From Syntrophorhabdaceae bacterium (GTDB lineage: Bacteria; Desulfobacterota; Syntrophorhabdia; Syntrophorhabdales; Syntrophorhabdaceae), in NCBI GenBank assembly GCA_963665295.1, contig OY762209.1, positions 1,408,001 to 1,472,000 on the forward strand: a stretch of DNA of 64,000 nt, written 5' to 3'. Each line of letters opens with the position of its first letter. Within the stretch, counting starts at the first letter, position 1. Positions 8,187 to 18,230 of the stretch are shown here, in pieces. The translations under genes were made by a program, and so were the position numbers. Below the pieces are notes generated by a model. It was not told the DNA's origin and ran no database searches. It saw only the letters and a list, made by a program, of their open reading frames with translations.

Positions 8187-10028
8187 TTATTGCTTGCTCT
8201 GCGTTACGGTGAAGACTTTCTTCTGCTTGGGGTCTCCGGTGAGGGTTATGTTGATCTTGCCCGTCCTCCTGGCGCCCGGCGCCTTCGGGATCACCGAATA
8301 GGACACTTCTCCCGGTCCCGTGCCCGGGGTCCCGGAATGTATGACGATCCAGGCCTCTGTTGTGGAGGCCTGCCATTCGCAGCCCTCTTGGGTGCGAACG
8401 GTGAAGGTGTCCTGCTCGCCCGCCGACGGTAACGTTGCGCTCCCGGGAGCAAGGGAGGAAAGCTTGCACACCACCCCCGCCTGGTCCACAATAAGGCTTT
8501 GATCGGCTACGGCTATCGACGCCTGTCTCCCGCCGGGAGTGGGCTTTCGGGCAACCGTTACCTTGACGGTTCCGCGGTTTCCCTTGAAAACGGATGCCTT
8601 CGTCCCGATCCACGGGGCATCGCTCGCGACCTGGGGGCTCGGACAATCCTCGCCGTCCTCCCCTTTTACGCTTATCGTAAATGTTCCGCCGTTGACGCCG
8701 ACCTTCTTCGTCTTCGTCGGGGATATCTCGTAGGTGCAGTTCGAGTCGAATTCGTCTTCCAGGTCCACGTCCTCGTCAAGGACCAGGGTACACGTCGCCT
8801 CCGTACCCGAACAGTCCGTGCCGGTCCAACCCTTGAAGGTGGAATTCGGATTCGCCGTTGCCGTGAGGACCACGGTTTCGCCGTCGTCGAAGTTTGCGGT
8901 ACAGGTCCTGTTGCTGGTGCTGCAATCGATACCCGGAGGGTCGCTCACTATTCTCCCTTCGCCCGTACCCTTGAGGTTGAGGGAAAGAGACTTGCCGGCC
9001 TTGACGCCGAGGGCCTCGAAATGGGTGACGTAATTTAAGACGCCCTCCTGCTTGAGCTTGCAGTCATAATTCATGTACATGGGGATCCTGAAAAGCCCGT
9101 TCGGCCTTTTCCCTCCCGCCGTTCCATTGGATTCGAGGACAATCCAGTAATGCTTCGCCGGGTCCGTAGCATCGTCGTTATATCCCACAAGGGCCGTGGC
9201 GTGGGCTATGCCCGTGGAGGGATCATATTGCTTGCCGCAGTATTTGTCGGGACGCCAGAGCACCGTTTCGTCGGAACCGGTCCAGAATTCGTCAAAGGCG
9301 TCCCAGTCCTGGCTGTTTGCCAGGGCGAAGGAGTATTCCACGGCCCTTTTTTGATTGAGCACGTTTTTTATGTTCTCGATAGCCTGTTTCTGGGTGATGC
9401 CGTGGGTTTCTATTGCCTCCGCCTGGAACTTGTCCACCCCGTAGCTCGTGTCCTTTGCGATGGAGTCACAGGAGACGGGCGATGCCGAGCACACGTTTGC
9501 CCCGGAGCACGTGCGGGCCCCGTCCGCGTAGGAGGCGTTCGTGTTCGACCAGGGTATTACCGCGCCCTGGCTGTTATACCAGGCGGTGAATGTGCCGAGG
9601 TCGCCGCCGCAGCACGCGCACCGCTCCCCCGAGGAGTAGGTCTTGCAGGACGTGGTGTACTGTATGGAGAGACGATCCTTAATCCCCTTGTTGACGCTGA
9701 GCATGATCTCGTAGAGGGCCGTGCTGGACCAGACCCAGCAACTGCCGCACTTCCCCTGAACGCGGTCGGCCGCGACATAGGAGAGATGACTGAGGAGGTC
9801 CATGGAGGTAGGCTCCCCCGAGGCCTGCTTCCCGGAAAGCTGCGCCGCAATGGCCGGGTCGGATTTCGCCCTGGGCATATTCCGGTGACGCTCGGCCCAC
9901 GTGCGGAACTCCTTTGCGTCCATGCGCATGGGAGCGCTCTTTGCGTCAGGCAGGTCCGCCGCCCATGGGATACCTCCGAGGGCGAAGAATAGGGCGATAC
10001 CCATGCACACGGCCTTTATTCTCATCAT
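8187..10028 (-). CDS. Exported C1A (papain-like) peptidase homologue + InlB-B-like module + two BACON-like domains
   Basis: AAGGAG then ATG at 10028, followed by a signal peptide. QGKCGSCWVWS and AHATALVGYN are present; the third motif is YWIVLESNG instead of NSWG. C-terminal WQASTTEAWI...G.G.GEVSYSV...RTGKINI. Confidence 0.85.
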   Translation of the reverse strand: MMRIKAVCMGIALFFALGGIPWAADLPDAKSAPMRMDAKEFRTWAERHRNMPRAKSDPAIAAQLSGKQASGEPTSMDLLSHLSYVAADRVQGKCGSCWVWSSTALYEIMLSVNKGIKDRLSIQYTTSCKTYSSGERCACCGGDLGTFTAWYNSQGAVIPWSNTNASYADGARTCSGANVCSASPVSCDSIAKDTSYGVDKFQAEAIETHGITQKQAIENIKNVLNQKRAVEYSFALANSQDWDAFDEFWTGSDETVLWRPDKYCGKQYDPSTGIAHATALVGYNDDATDPAKHYWIVLESNGTAGGKRPNGLFRIPMYMNYDCKLKQEGVLNYVTHFEALGVKAGKSLSLNLKGTGEGRIVSDPPGIDCSTSNRTCTANFDDGETVVLTATANPNSTFKGWTGTDCSGTEATCTLVLDEDVDLEDEFDSNCTYEISPTKTKKVGVNGGTFTISVKGEDGEDCPSPQVASDAPWIGTKASVFKGNRGTVKVTVARKPTPGGRQASIAVADQSLIVDQAGVVCKLSSLAPGSATLPSAGEQDTFTVRTQEGCEWQASTTEAWIVIHSGTPGTGPGEVSYSVIPKAPGARRTGKINITLTGDPKQKKVFTVTQSKQ

Positions 10029-10161
10029 TGTGCTCTCCTTTGGACTTTTCCTGTTGATAACCACGTTCTCATGCGTAACCCCGGCTTTCCCGTGGAAAAG
10101 GCCTGCCTCGCCGGCTCATCTCCGGCCATCGGCTCCGTGACCATACCTTGAAGATGAAGTG

Positions 10162-10190
10162 AGTATATGATGGAACCCTTTGGCTGTCAA
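10162..10190 (-). promoter_or_regulatory. Sigma70-type promoter for the C1A gene
   Basis: Minus strand TTGACA-17 bp-TATACT. Confidence 0.6.
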
Positions 10191-10360
10191 CGCAAAAGAA
10201 AACCGGGGAAATACAGGCCAAATCCGTAATTTTTCAACCCTATTCCAGGAACGGAAAGGGCAAGGAATCTCATTTTCGGTCCCCCCTTCGTCCTTTTCTC
10301 ATGCGAACCTGAGGGGAGACCATGGCCGTCGCCTATTCATGCCCAGTGGAGGACTAATTA

Positions 10361-12035
10361 GTCTCCATCCGGAAACCCCCATTTTCGAGCAAGCCCCCGG
10401 TCTATTGCCAGGGTGGGCGCTCAGCCGTCCGGTGATTCCGTCATCCCTTTTCGGATTTCACTCCATCGGGCCCGTTTTCCCCAGAGTCAGGGCGTAGCTC
10501 ACCCTTGTCCCCTTGAGAAAATAGTCTTCTCTCATCATGAGGCCATCCTGATGCGGGCGATGACGAGAAGATTGTAGGAGACGATACTGGAGAGCACGTA
10601 CCGGGCAAACCCTTCCCATCCTGTCCACGTCGCCCGGTCAAGGCCGAAGGACCGTTTCAATGTGGAGATGCCTGCTTCAATGCCCGCCCGGAAGTTCCTG
10701 AGCTTCTTGTAGACCCAGGTGCTCTTTGCCATGTCGAGGATGGAGAGCCCCCTCTTTCTGGCGAAGACGGCATCCTTGATATGGTTCTCCTTCGCATAGG
10801 CGAGGTTCTCTTTTGAGGCAAAGCCCCCGTCGGCCGTCACTTGGCGAGGCATCTTCCCGTACCACTCCTTATGCTGCTCAAGGAGGGATTGATACTGGTC
10901 GGTATCAGCGGGGTTGCCCGGGACGATGAGACACCCGATGATCATGGTGGAGCGTCCTCCTGTAAGGAACACCTTATGGCCGTACTCGGTATCCCTCCTC
11001 CCCTTCACGATGATGTCCGTGTGGTCCTCGAAGAAAGAGACGATCTTCTCGGAGGCGGGGACCTTCTCGTTCTTGAAGACTCTCCGGTCGGTCTGGTCGA
11101 TGACCTTCCCGAGTATGCCCACGGCGCGTTCAAGTCTCCGGGCAAGCTCGCGGGCAGCGAAGGTGTCCATGAGATTATCGCCCTCGTAGGGGATGAGTTC
11201 GGTGATCGCCTCTTCGGCATATCCCTTCACGAGATTCGCATAGTGGAGGAGGTCCTTGTAGGCGCTCTTCCGTGTTCTGTCGTTCTTTGCATTGAGGATC
11301 GTCATGAGCTTCTTCTTGGCTACTCTCCTATGGTCACTGTAGGCATACCGGGGCACGGGAGCAAGCTCCTTCCCTTCGGTGAGTAACCGGGTAATGACGC
11401 GGATGCCGTCCACGATGAGCGATGAGTCGGTGGGGTGGTGGATGTTGGTCTCCACCGTGGTGGAGTCTACTCTTACCACGCGGCCGGATTCTATCTTCTC
11501 CTTTACCGCGTAGCGGTTTACTTCCTGAATGATCGCCTCCCAGGTTTCTTCCCGTATCGCCTTTATGTTCTCCTGAAGGACCGATTTGGAGGGGTACTGT
11601 CCCATCTCCAATCTCGCGAAACTGCGGAGTGCGTCGGAGTCTTCCATGTGGAAGGCAAGCTCTTCATACGTCAGTTGGCGGTACTGCTTGAGTATGGCGA
11701 TCCGGAGCACCTGTTCCGCGGTGAGCCCCTCTCTTCCCGTGTCGGTGCGACAGAAGGAGGTCATATCCCCGAAGACCAGATCCAGAAGGCGGGGATTGGC
11801 GTCTATGACCTTTGACATCTCCTGAAGCTCCTTTACAATAGAATGGCGCATCATGGGGGAGAAGAGACCTGTCTGGGGGTTGAATTTCTGGCGCATTCCG
11901 GAATCCTTTCTGAAGGCGTTAGGTAATGATATTGCCTTGTTACAACCATATTGTACCTCAGATGAGGGGCGAAACTCCAGGGGAATGTGGGGATTTGGGC
12001 AAATATTTCATGGGGTTAGGTTTCCGGATGGAGAC
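10361..12035 (-). mobile_element. Complete IS element (ISNCY-type, ISDol1-like size and target duplication)
   Basis: 17-bp terminal inverted repeats GTCTCCATCCGGAAACC / GGTTTCCGGATGGAGAC, flanked on both sides by TAATTA. Single transposase ORF. Confidence 0.85.
10535..11896 (-). CDS. DDE transposase (ISNCY/IS5-like)
   Basis: GREGLTAEQVLR, VRVDSTTVETNIHHPTD, TADGGF, RAGIEAGISTLKR. Confidence 0.9.
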   Translation of the reverse strand: MRQKFNPQTGLFSPMMRHSIVKELQEMSKVIDANPRLLDLVFGDMTSFCRTDTGREGLTAEQVLRIAILKQYRQLTYEELAFHMEDSDALRSFARLEMGQYPSKSVLQENIKAIREETWEAIIQEVNRYAVKEKIESGRVVRVDSTTVETNIHHPTDSSLIVDGIRVITRLLTEGKELAPVPRYAYSDHRRVAKKKLMTILNAKNDRTRKSAYKDLLHYANLVKGYAEEAITELIPYEGDNLMDTFAARELARRLERAVGILGKVIDQTDRRVFKNEKVPASEKIVSFFEDHTDIIVKGRRDTEYGHKVFLTGGRSTMIIGCLIVPGNPADTDQYQSLLEQHKEWYGKMPRQVTADGGFASKENLAYAKENHIKDAVFARKRGLSILDMAKSTWVYKKLRNFRAGIEAGISTLKRSFGLDRATWTGWEGFARYVLSSIVSYNLLVIARIRMAS

Positions 12036-12250
12036 TAATTAAGTTCCTATCGTACCTGATTAGTGAAAAAAAGCGCTTGACAGTATATTCGGTTATATTA
12101 TAAGACAAACATAGACGATTTGTATTGTTATTCACCAATGACGCTTCATCACCGCAAAAGTCTTATTTGTTTTCCTTTAATACAGGTTCGTCCATGACCA
12201 CAGGCATGGACAGCAGACAATGAATGCACAGGACATCATGGAGGGGGGTC

Positions 12251-15200
12251 ATGACGCGGGTTAAATCTGTCTTCGGCTTAAACATCGTGTGTATCTGTAT
12301 ACTTATCGGCCTTCTCTGGGTTTTCCCCCCGTGCAGCCATGGGGAGAACGAGATAGGGGAGACGGGCGACGCGGAGCTTCCCGTTACCATCCCCGAGAAT
12401 TCCATTCTTTCCGGGGCCGCAACCTATACCTACCAGGTGGCGGCGCCCCCGGGCAGAAACGGCCTGGGCCCCCGGTTGGCCCTCACCTACAACAGTCAAA
12501 GGAAAAGCGGCTGGGTCGGGATGGGATGGGACCTCGATATGGGCTACATTCAGCGGTCCACCACGTGGGGCCTCGATTACGCCTCTCAAGGTACGGACCC
12601 TGCCAAGCCCGGTTTTGTGGTGTCCATGAACGGCTCCACGACTGAGCTTGTGAGAAGGACAGACTGGGATTCCAACGGCCTTACCTGTTACGGCGCGAAG
12701 ATAGAAGGGGCCTTCACCCGGTACTGCCGCACCGAAACCAACAGTTGGGAAGCGACCGCAAAAGACGGCGTCACGTACTACTACGGCAGAACCTATGACT
12801 CCCGGCAGGAGTTCTTCCGTACCCCCGGCCCCGGATCGGATACCTTTAAGTGGTGTCTGGACAAAGTGCAGGACACGAACGGAAATTATATGACCATGAG
12901 TTACCAGAAGCCCATGGACCAGATATATCTGTCTCAGATCAACTACAACTTCAGAGCAAACGGCTCGCCCGCAAACCGGATCGTATTCACCATCGGTTAC
13001 ATGCCTTCGCTTGAGGAAATTTCGCCGAATTATACTGCCGGCTATGAGCTTTCTTCGAGCTACAAGCTTACTCAAATAGACGTTTACGGGTTGAACGCCT
13101 CCGGAAACGACGAACTCGCAAAGTCGTATGGTCTGGTCTACAACACCTATTGCCCCCCGAGGCAGGACTGCTCTTATCCTTTCTCCTCCATGCTTCAGTC
13201 GATCACCCGGGCGGGGAGCGACGGGACAACGCTGCGGCCCGTGGTTTTCACCTATCAATGGCATGCCGATGAATTCACCAAGACCCCCACGAACAATATC
13301 CCCGTATGGTTCGGAGCCAAATTGTATAACAGCAGTACATGGAAAGGCTATAATTTGACGGGCGATTTCAACGGCGACGGCAGAACCGATATCGTCAGTT
13401 GGGACGCGAGCGGGGACTACCTTAATATGAACCTTTCCGCCTTGCCCGGCTCCGGGGACATGTTCCGGAGCTACCTGTGGCCGCACAGTCTCACGGGCAA
13501 TTTTGTCAAGGACGGGAACGGCCACCCAAGGCTCTGGGTCGGCGATTTTAACGGCGACGGCCTCTCCGACGTGGCAACCATCGAGGGCGGCGGCGACAAC
13601 GGCAAGATCTGGATCTATATGTCCACGGGGTCCGATTTTGCGGACAGGCAATGCTGGAACGACTGGACCAACAATACGGAGAAGAAGGCCCGTAAGGCTG
13701 CCACGGACGTCAAGAAGGTCCGCGTGGGGGACTTCAACGGGGACGGCCTGGCGGACATGATCAGTTGGCTCGACTCCGGCCACATCCGGGTTTATCTCTC
13801 GAAAGAGGCGGGCAACGGGTTTGATATCCAGGATTGGGAGGGCGATTTCAGTTTGAGCGGCGGCTTCGGGATGATGATCTGGCTCGGGGACTTCAACGGC
13901 GACGGCAAGACCGATATCGCGGCATGGGATGAAAAGAACCCGGGCACCCAGCTCATCATGCATATGTCGAACGGGTCAGGCTTTGATAGGGCTGTCTGGC
14001 TGCCGACTTCGCCCGCGAAATTTCACAAAGACGGCACCTACGGTCCCCTTATCTGGCTCGGGGACTTCAACGGCGACGGCAAGACCGACATTGCAAGCTG
14101 GAACAGCAGCGATCCCGGCAAATCTCTCTGGATTCACAGTTCCATGGGGACAGGTTTCAAATCCCATCAGGCCTTCCTGGACCCTGGCCGGCCCCTCAAT
14201 AAGAACCCGAAATACGGACCGTGGCTCGGGGATTTTGACGGAGACGGCAGAACGGATATTGCAACCATCAAAAATGGCACGACCATCGACATTTACAGGT
14301 CCATGGGGTATGAATTCCAGATGCTGACCCTGGCCGCCGATGTGCGCGGCGACGCCTCGAACGGGGGGAGGGTGTGGCTCGGGGATTTTGACGGAGACGG
14401 CAGAACCGATATCGCGGGCTGGAACAGCAACGATCCCGTGGAAAATCACATGGTGAGCCTCCATATGCACTCCTATCACGGCCAACCTGTCCGCTACCTC
14501 CTCTCGAAGGTGGATAACGGCCTGGGAGGCTTTGCAACGGTGGAGTATAAATCGTCTTCCGCCTGCAATGATGTTGGCGAGGACTTCCCGTATTTCCCGT
14601 GTTTCTCCGGTCTCCCCTTCAATGTCCCGGTGGTGAGCCGCATAACGGTCGGCAGCGACGGCGGGGTGACCGGGTCGATAATCGGCGGGGGTGCGGTGAC
14701 GAGGACGATGGTCGGCGACGACAGCGGCTCGGGAGACTCCGTTACGACTTACGACTATGACGGCGCGTTCTACACCAGGTCGGCAAGGGAAAGGGAATTC
14801 TACGGATTCAAGAACATCAGGGCCGCCGATTCCTTCGGGACCCAGGTGGAGACCACATTCCTGCAGTCGCACCCGGACTGGGCGCCGGGCATATATAAGG
14901 GCCTCATCGACTCTCAGGTCACAAAAGATCAGTTCGGCAAGCCCTACAAAGACATAAGGAACTTCTACCAGTCAGCGAGTCCCGCCTCAGGGGTGAACTT
15001 TCCGCATCTTGACAGGAGAGACGAATACGTACTGGATGGCCGGTGCACCCTCGCCAATCCGGGACTGCAGCCTCCCGCGTATCACGATTCCGACGGCGAC
15101 CCGTGCTACCCCGTAGAGACTTCCTTTGCCTACGACGGATACGGGAACGTGACCGGGAAGTTCTTCTGGGGTCATATAGACAAAGTCAGGGGAACAGACA

Positions 15201-17749
15201 TTCCCGGCGACGAACGTTTCGAGATTACCTCCTACAGCAAGGATGCCGGCCTTCTGTCCAGATATATTTTGGACCGTCCGTGGGTTACGGAGGTAACGGA
15301 CAGCGCGGGGGCCGTCTTCGCCCGCACGACCTTGAACTATTATCCGAACGGCAACCTGAGAACGAAAACGGAATACTACGACAGGGCGTCCCAGGGCACG
15401 CACGGTGACCCCGTCACCTCGTACACCTACGATGCATATGGGAACAAGGCGTCGGTTACCGATCCCATGGGTAACGTGACACGGCATTACTATGACGCCG
15501 TCGCCAACACCTATCCGGAGACTACCGTGGTGGAAGGACTGGGCCTTCAGACAAACAAGACCTGGGACTACCGCTATGGGAAGCCTCTCAGCGAGACCGA
15601 TTACAACGGGAGGACCACGTACCATCAGTATGACAACTTCGGAAGGATATGGCGGACGTACCAGCCGCCGGATTCCCCGGGCGGCCTTCCCACCAGACAA
15701 TATACCTACAACCTTACCGGCGTCGTGGGACTCCAGAATGTGAGGGTCGAGCTCAAGGTGGATGACGGCCGCAGCTCCTGGAAGGAAACATACTTCGACG
15801 GCCTGGGCCGGACCGTCAGGACAAGGAAGCAGGGGGCGGCACGTCCTATTGTCGTGGAAAGGGCGTATGACTCAAGAGGCCTCCTGTCGAAAGAATCGTT
15901 GCCTCATTTCGATGCGGCAAGCGCATCGGTCTATTGGACGAAGTATGCCTATGACCCCGTAAGAAGGGTTACCCAGGTCATGTACCCGGACGGCACCTAC
16001 ACGACAACGGGGTACGATCGCGAAAGGACAACACTCGTCGATGCGAGCTTTCATTCCAAGGTCAGGGAAACGGACGGCCTCGGGCGGCTCACGGCGGTTC
16101 ATGAGTTTAAGGGCAATGGAAGCCTCGACCCGGAATCCCCGACGCCCTGGGCGCCCTATGCGGTTACCGGATATACCTATAACCCTATGGGTAAACTCAC
16201 CGCGACACGGGATGCCCGGAACAACGTCACGGAGATACGGTATGACTCCCTTTCGCGGAAATACTATATGAAAGACCCGGACATGGGTGAGTGGACCTAC
16301 GGTTACGACGCGAAGGGCAACCTCACGGGACAGATTGATGGAAACGGCCGATCGATCACCTTCGCCCACGACGGACTTAACCGCGTTACACAGAAGACCT
16401 ACGTGGGCAGCACGACGCCCCCGGTAGTCTATACCTACGACCTCGGCCCCTTTGAAAACCCGAAAGGTAAGCTCACCGCTGTTACCGATGCGTCGGGCTC
16501 CGCCCAATTTTCCTATGATGAGCGGGGGAGAACGAAGGGCACGATGAAGGCCGTCAACGGCGTCTACTATACCATACTGACGGCATATGACTCCCGGGAC
16601 AGGGTCACATACATTACCTACCCCGGACCGAACCCCGAGACGGTGAGCTACCTGTACGACAACGCAGGGAACCTTGCCGTCGTCCAGGGCAGCCTCCCTC
16701 AACCGTATGCGGCCTATACGGACTTCAACGCCAATGGTCAACCCCGAACCGTCCTGTATGGAAACGGCGTCTATACGGCCTACAATTGGGACCCTGCCAC
16801 CACCCGCCTCGCCAACCTTACGACCGTAGGGACCGAGACGTTACAGAGTCTCGGCTATCTGTACTATAATGCGGGCAACGTAAAGACCATCACCGACGGG
16901 GCAGGGGGGGCGAGATCCAGGACCTTTTATTATGACGAGATGAACCGTCTTGTCCAGGCGGACAGTCCGGTTTACGGGACAATTTCCTACGCCTATGACG
17001 AGATAGGGAATATGACCGGTAACAGCCGTGTAAGCAGCGAGCCCTATGTGTATCCCCAGTCCGGCCAGGTTCATGCGGTGACCTATGCCGGCCCGAATGT
17101 CTATACCTATGATCCGAACGGGAACATGACGAGCGGAGAAGGCAGAACTTTTGCCTGGGATTACGACAACAGGCCCGCAAGCATAAACGGGGTGCCCATG
17201 GTATACGATCACGAGGGAAAGCGGGTGAAGAAGGGCTCGACCCTGTACGTAGACAAGTTTTACGAATGCACCGTCGGCAGCGCCTGCACCACATACATCT
17301 TCGCCGGGAAGAACAGGATAGCGAAGAAGACGGGAACGTCGGTCGGCTACTACCACCCCGACCACCTGGGAAGCTCGAACATTATCACCGGCGACGGCAT
17401 GGCCAGGGTGGAGGAAATCGATTACTATCCTTACGGAGAGATAGGGATGGACGTGGGCTCCTCAAGCGCGTCCCACAAATTCACCGGCCAGGAATGGGAC
17501 AGCGAGACGGGACTTTACTATTACGGGGCGAGATATTACAACCCCGTCATCGGAAGGTTCATCTCGGCGGACACGACGGTGCAGGACCCCGCGAACCCGC
17601 AGACACTGAACAGATACAGTTACGTGGGGAATAACCCGATCCACTACGTGGACCCGAACGGAAAAGCGTTTATCGGGTTTCACATGTTTACCGAATTCAC
17701 AGGCTCCCTGTCTGGACTCATGTTCGGTTCCGGCAAGAACCCGTTCTAG
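12251..17749 (+). CDS. SpvB/TcdB-like + FG-GAP(VCBS) repeats + Rhs/YD-repeat protein with signal peptide; C-terminal tip cut by an in-frame TAG
   Basis: GGAGGGGG before ATG at 12251 and a hydrophobic N-terminus. PPGRNGLGPRLALTYNS...GMGW (SpvB-like), seven GDF(N/D)GDG repeats, YD repeats, and Rhs core FTGQEWDSETGLYYYGARYYNP...NNPIHYVDPNG. Confidence 0.9.
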   Translation: MTRVKSVFGLNIVCICILIGLLWVFPPCSHGENEIGETGDAELPVTIPENSILSGAATYTYQVAAPPGRNGLGPRLALTYNSQRKSGWVGMGWDLDMGYIQRSTTWGLDYASQGTDPAKPGFVVSMNGSTTELVRRTDWDSNGLTCYGAKIEGAFTRYCRTETNSWEATAKDGVTYYYGRTYDSRQEFFRTPGPGSDTFKWCLDKVQDTNGNYMTMSYQKPMDQIYLSQINYNFRANGSPANRIVFTIGYMPSLEEISPNYTAGYELSSSYKLTQIDVYGLNASGNDELAKSYGLVYNTYCPPRQDCSYPFSSMLQSITRAGSDGTTLRPVVFTYQWHADEFTKTPTNNIPVWFGAKLYNSSTWKGYNLTGDFNGDGRTDIVSWDASGDYLNMNLSALPGSGDMFRSYLWPHSLTGNFVKDGNGHPRLWVGDFNGDGLSDVATIEGGGDNGKIWIYMSTGSDFADRQCWNDWTNNTEKKARKAATDVKKVRVGDFNGDGLADMISWLDSGHIRVYLSKEAGNGFDIQDWEGDFSLSGGFGMMIWLGDFNGDGKTDIAAWDEKNPGTQLIMHMSNGSGFDRAVWLPTSPAKFHKDGTYGPLIWLGDFNGDGKTDIASWNSSDPGKSLWIHSSMGTGFKSHQAFLDPGRPLNKNPKYGPWLGDFDGDGRTDIATIKNGTTIDIYRSMGYEFQMLTLAADVRGDASNGGRVWLGDFDGDGRTDIAGWNSNDPVENHMVSLHMHSYHGQPVRYLLSKVDNGLGGFATVEYKSSSACNDVGEDFPYFPCFSGLPFNVPVVSRITVGSDGGVTGSIIGGGAVTRTMVGDDSGSGDSVTTYDYDGAFYTRSAREREFYGFKNIRAADSFGTQVETTFLQSHPDWAPGIYKGLIDSQVTKDQFGKPYKDIRNFYQSASPASGVNFPHLDRRDEYVLDGRCTLANPGLQPPAYHDSDGDPCYPVETSFAYDGYGNVTGKFFWGHIDKVRGTDIPGDERFEITSYSKDAGLLSRYILDRPWVTEVTDSAGAVFARTTLNYYPNGNLRTKTEYYDRASQGTHGDPVTSYTYDAYGNKASVTDPMGNVTRHYYDAVANTYPETTVVEGLGLQTNKTWDYRYGKPLSETDYNGRTTYHQYDNFGRIWRTYQPPDSPGGLPTRQYTYNLTGVVGLQNVRVELKVDDGRSSWKETYFDGLGRTVRTRKQGAARPIVVERAYDSRGLLSKESLPHFDAASASVYWTKYAYDPVRRVTQVMYPDGTYTTTGYDRERTTLVDASFHSKVRETDGLGRLTAVHEFKGNGSLDPESPTPWAPYAVTGYTYNPMGKLTATRDARNNVTEIRYDSLSRKYYMKDPDMGEWTYGYDAKGNLTGQIDGNGRSITFAHDGLNRVTQKTYVGSTTPPVVYTYDLGPFENPKGKLTAVTDASGSAQFSYDERGRTKGTMKAVNGVYYTILTAYDSRDRVTYITYPGPNPETVSYLYDNAGNLAVVQGSLPQPYAAYTDFNANGQPRTVLYGNGVYTAYNWDPATTRLANLTTVGTETLQSLGYLYYNAGNVKTITDGAGGARSRTFYYDEMNRLVQADSPVYGTISYAYDEIGNMTGNSRVSSEPYVYPQSGQVHAVTYAGPNVYTYDPNGNMTSGEGRTFAWDYDNRPASINGVPMVYDHEGKRVKKGSTLYVDKFYECTVGSACTTYIFAGKNRIAKKTGTSVGYYHPDHLGSSNIITGDGMARVEEIDYYPYGEIGMDVGSSSASHKFTGQEWDSETGLYYYGARYYNPVIGRFISADTTVQDPANPQTLNRYSYVGNNPIHYVDPNGKAFIGFHMFTEFTGSLSGLMFGSGKNPF

Positions 17750-18178
17750 ACGATCGGTAGAAACCTCGAACTGGACCGAGATGGCGTAACCAAGAGCGGC
17801 GAATTGGACGTTGATAAGAAGACTTTTGAAATCCATGCCAATGCGTGGCGTGGGGAAGTAACCGCGGGTGAAGCGTTGGGTGCGGCAGGCGAGTCGCTTG
17901 CCGCTGATCTGGCTGCCGGCGATACTACGAAAGCCAACCATACGTTCTACGACATTATCACGCACAGGGGATGTGAGTATAACGGCACGTGGGACGACAT
18001 CAGCACCTGGCCCGGCGCAATCAGCCACTTTGTTCTTAATGATTTTGTGTTGGGTACGTTGTTCTTGCCCGTCGCGTTGGTGGAGTCGGTGGCGGTCAAC
18101 GTCTATTCAACTGTATCGAGTTGGTTCCCGGCCGGCTATGGCGGCGGAGGCGGCAGCGAAGAGATTATCCTGGAATAA
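17750..18178 (+). pseudogene. In-frame continuation of the Rhs toxin tip beyond the TAG
   Basis: Same frame as 12251..17749 and open for 142 codons to TAA. No convincing RBS. Contains ANHTFYDIITHRG. Confidence 0.7.
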
Positions 18179-18230
18179 GATAGGCCAGTAAAGCTGTTCA
18201 TATGAAAGGCAAGGGAAAGGAGGCGTATGG

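Noticed and set aside
12278..16741. Long antisense ORFs (561, 298, 237, 289 aa) and similar ones opposite the kinases, GRE and nrdD
   Set aside because: Shadow frames expected from high GC3 codon bias; no motifs.
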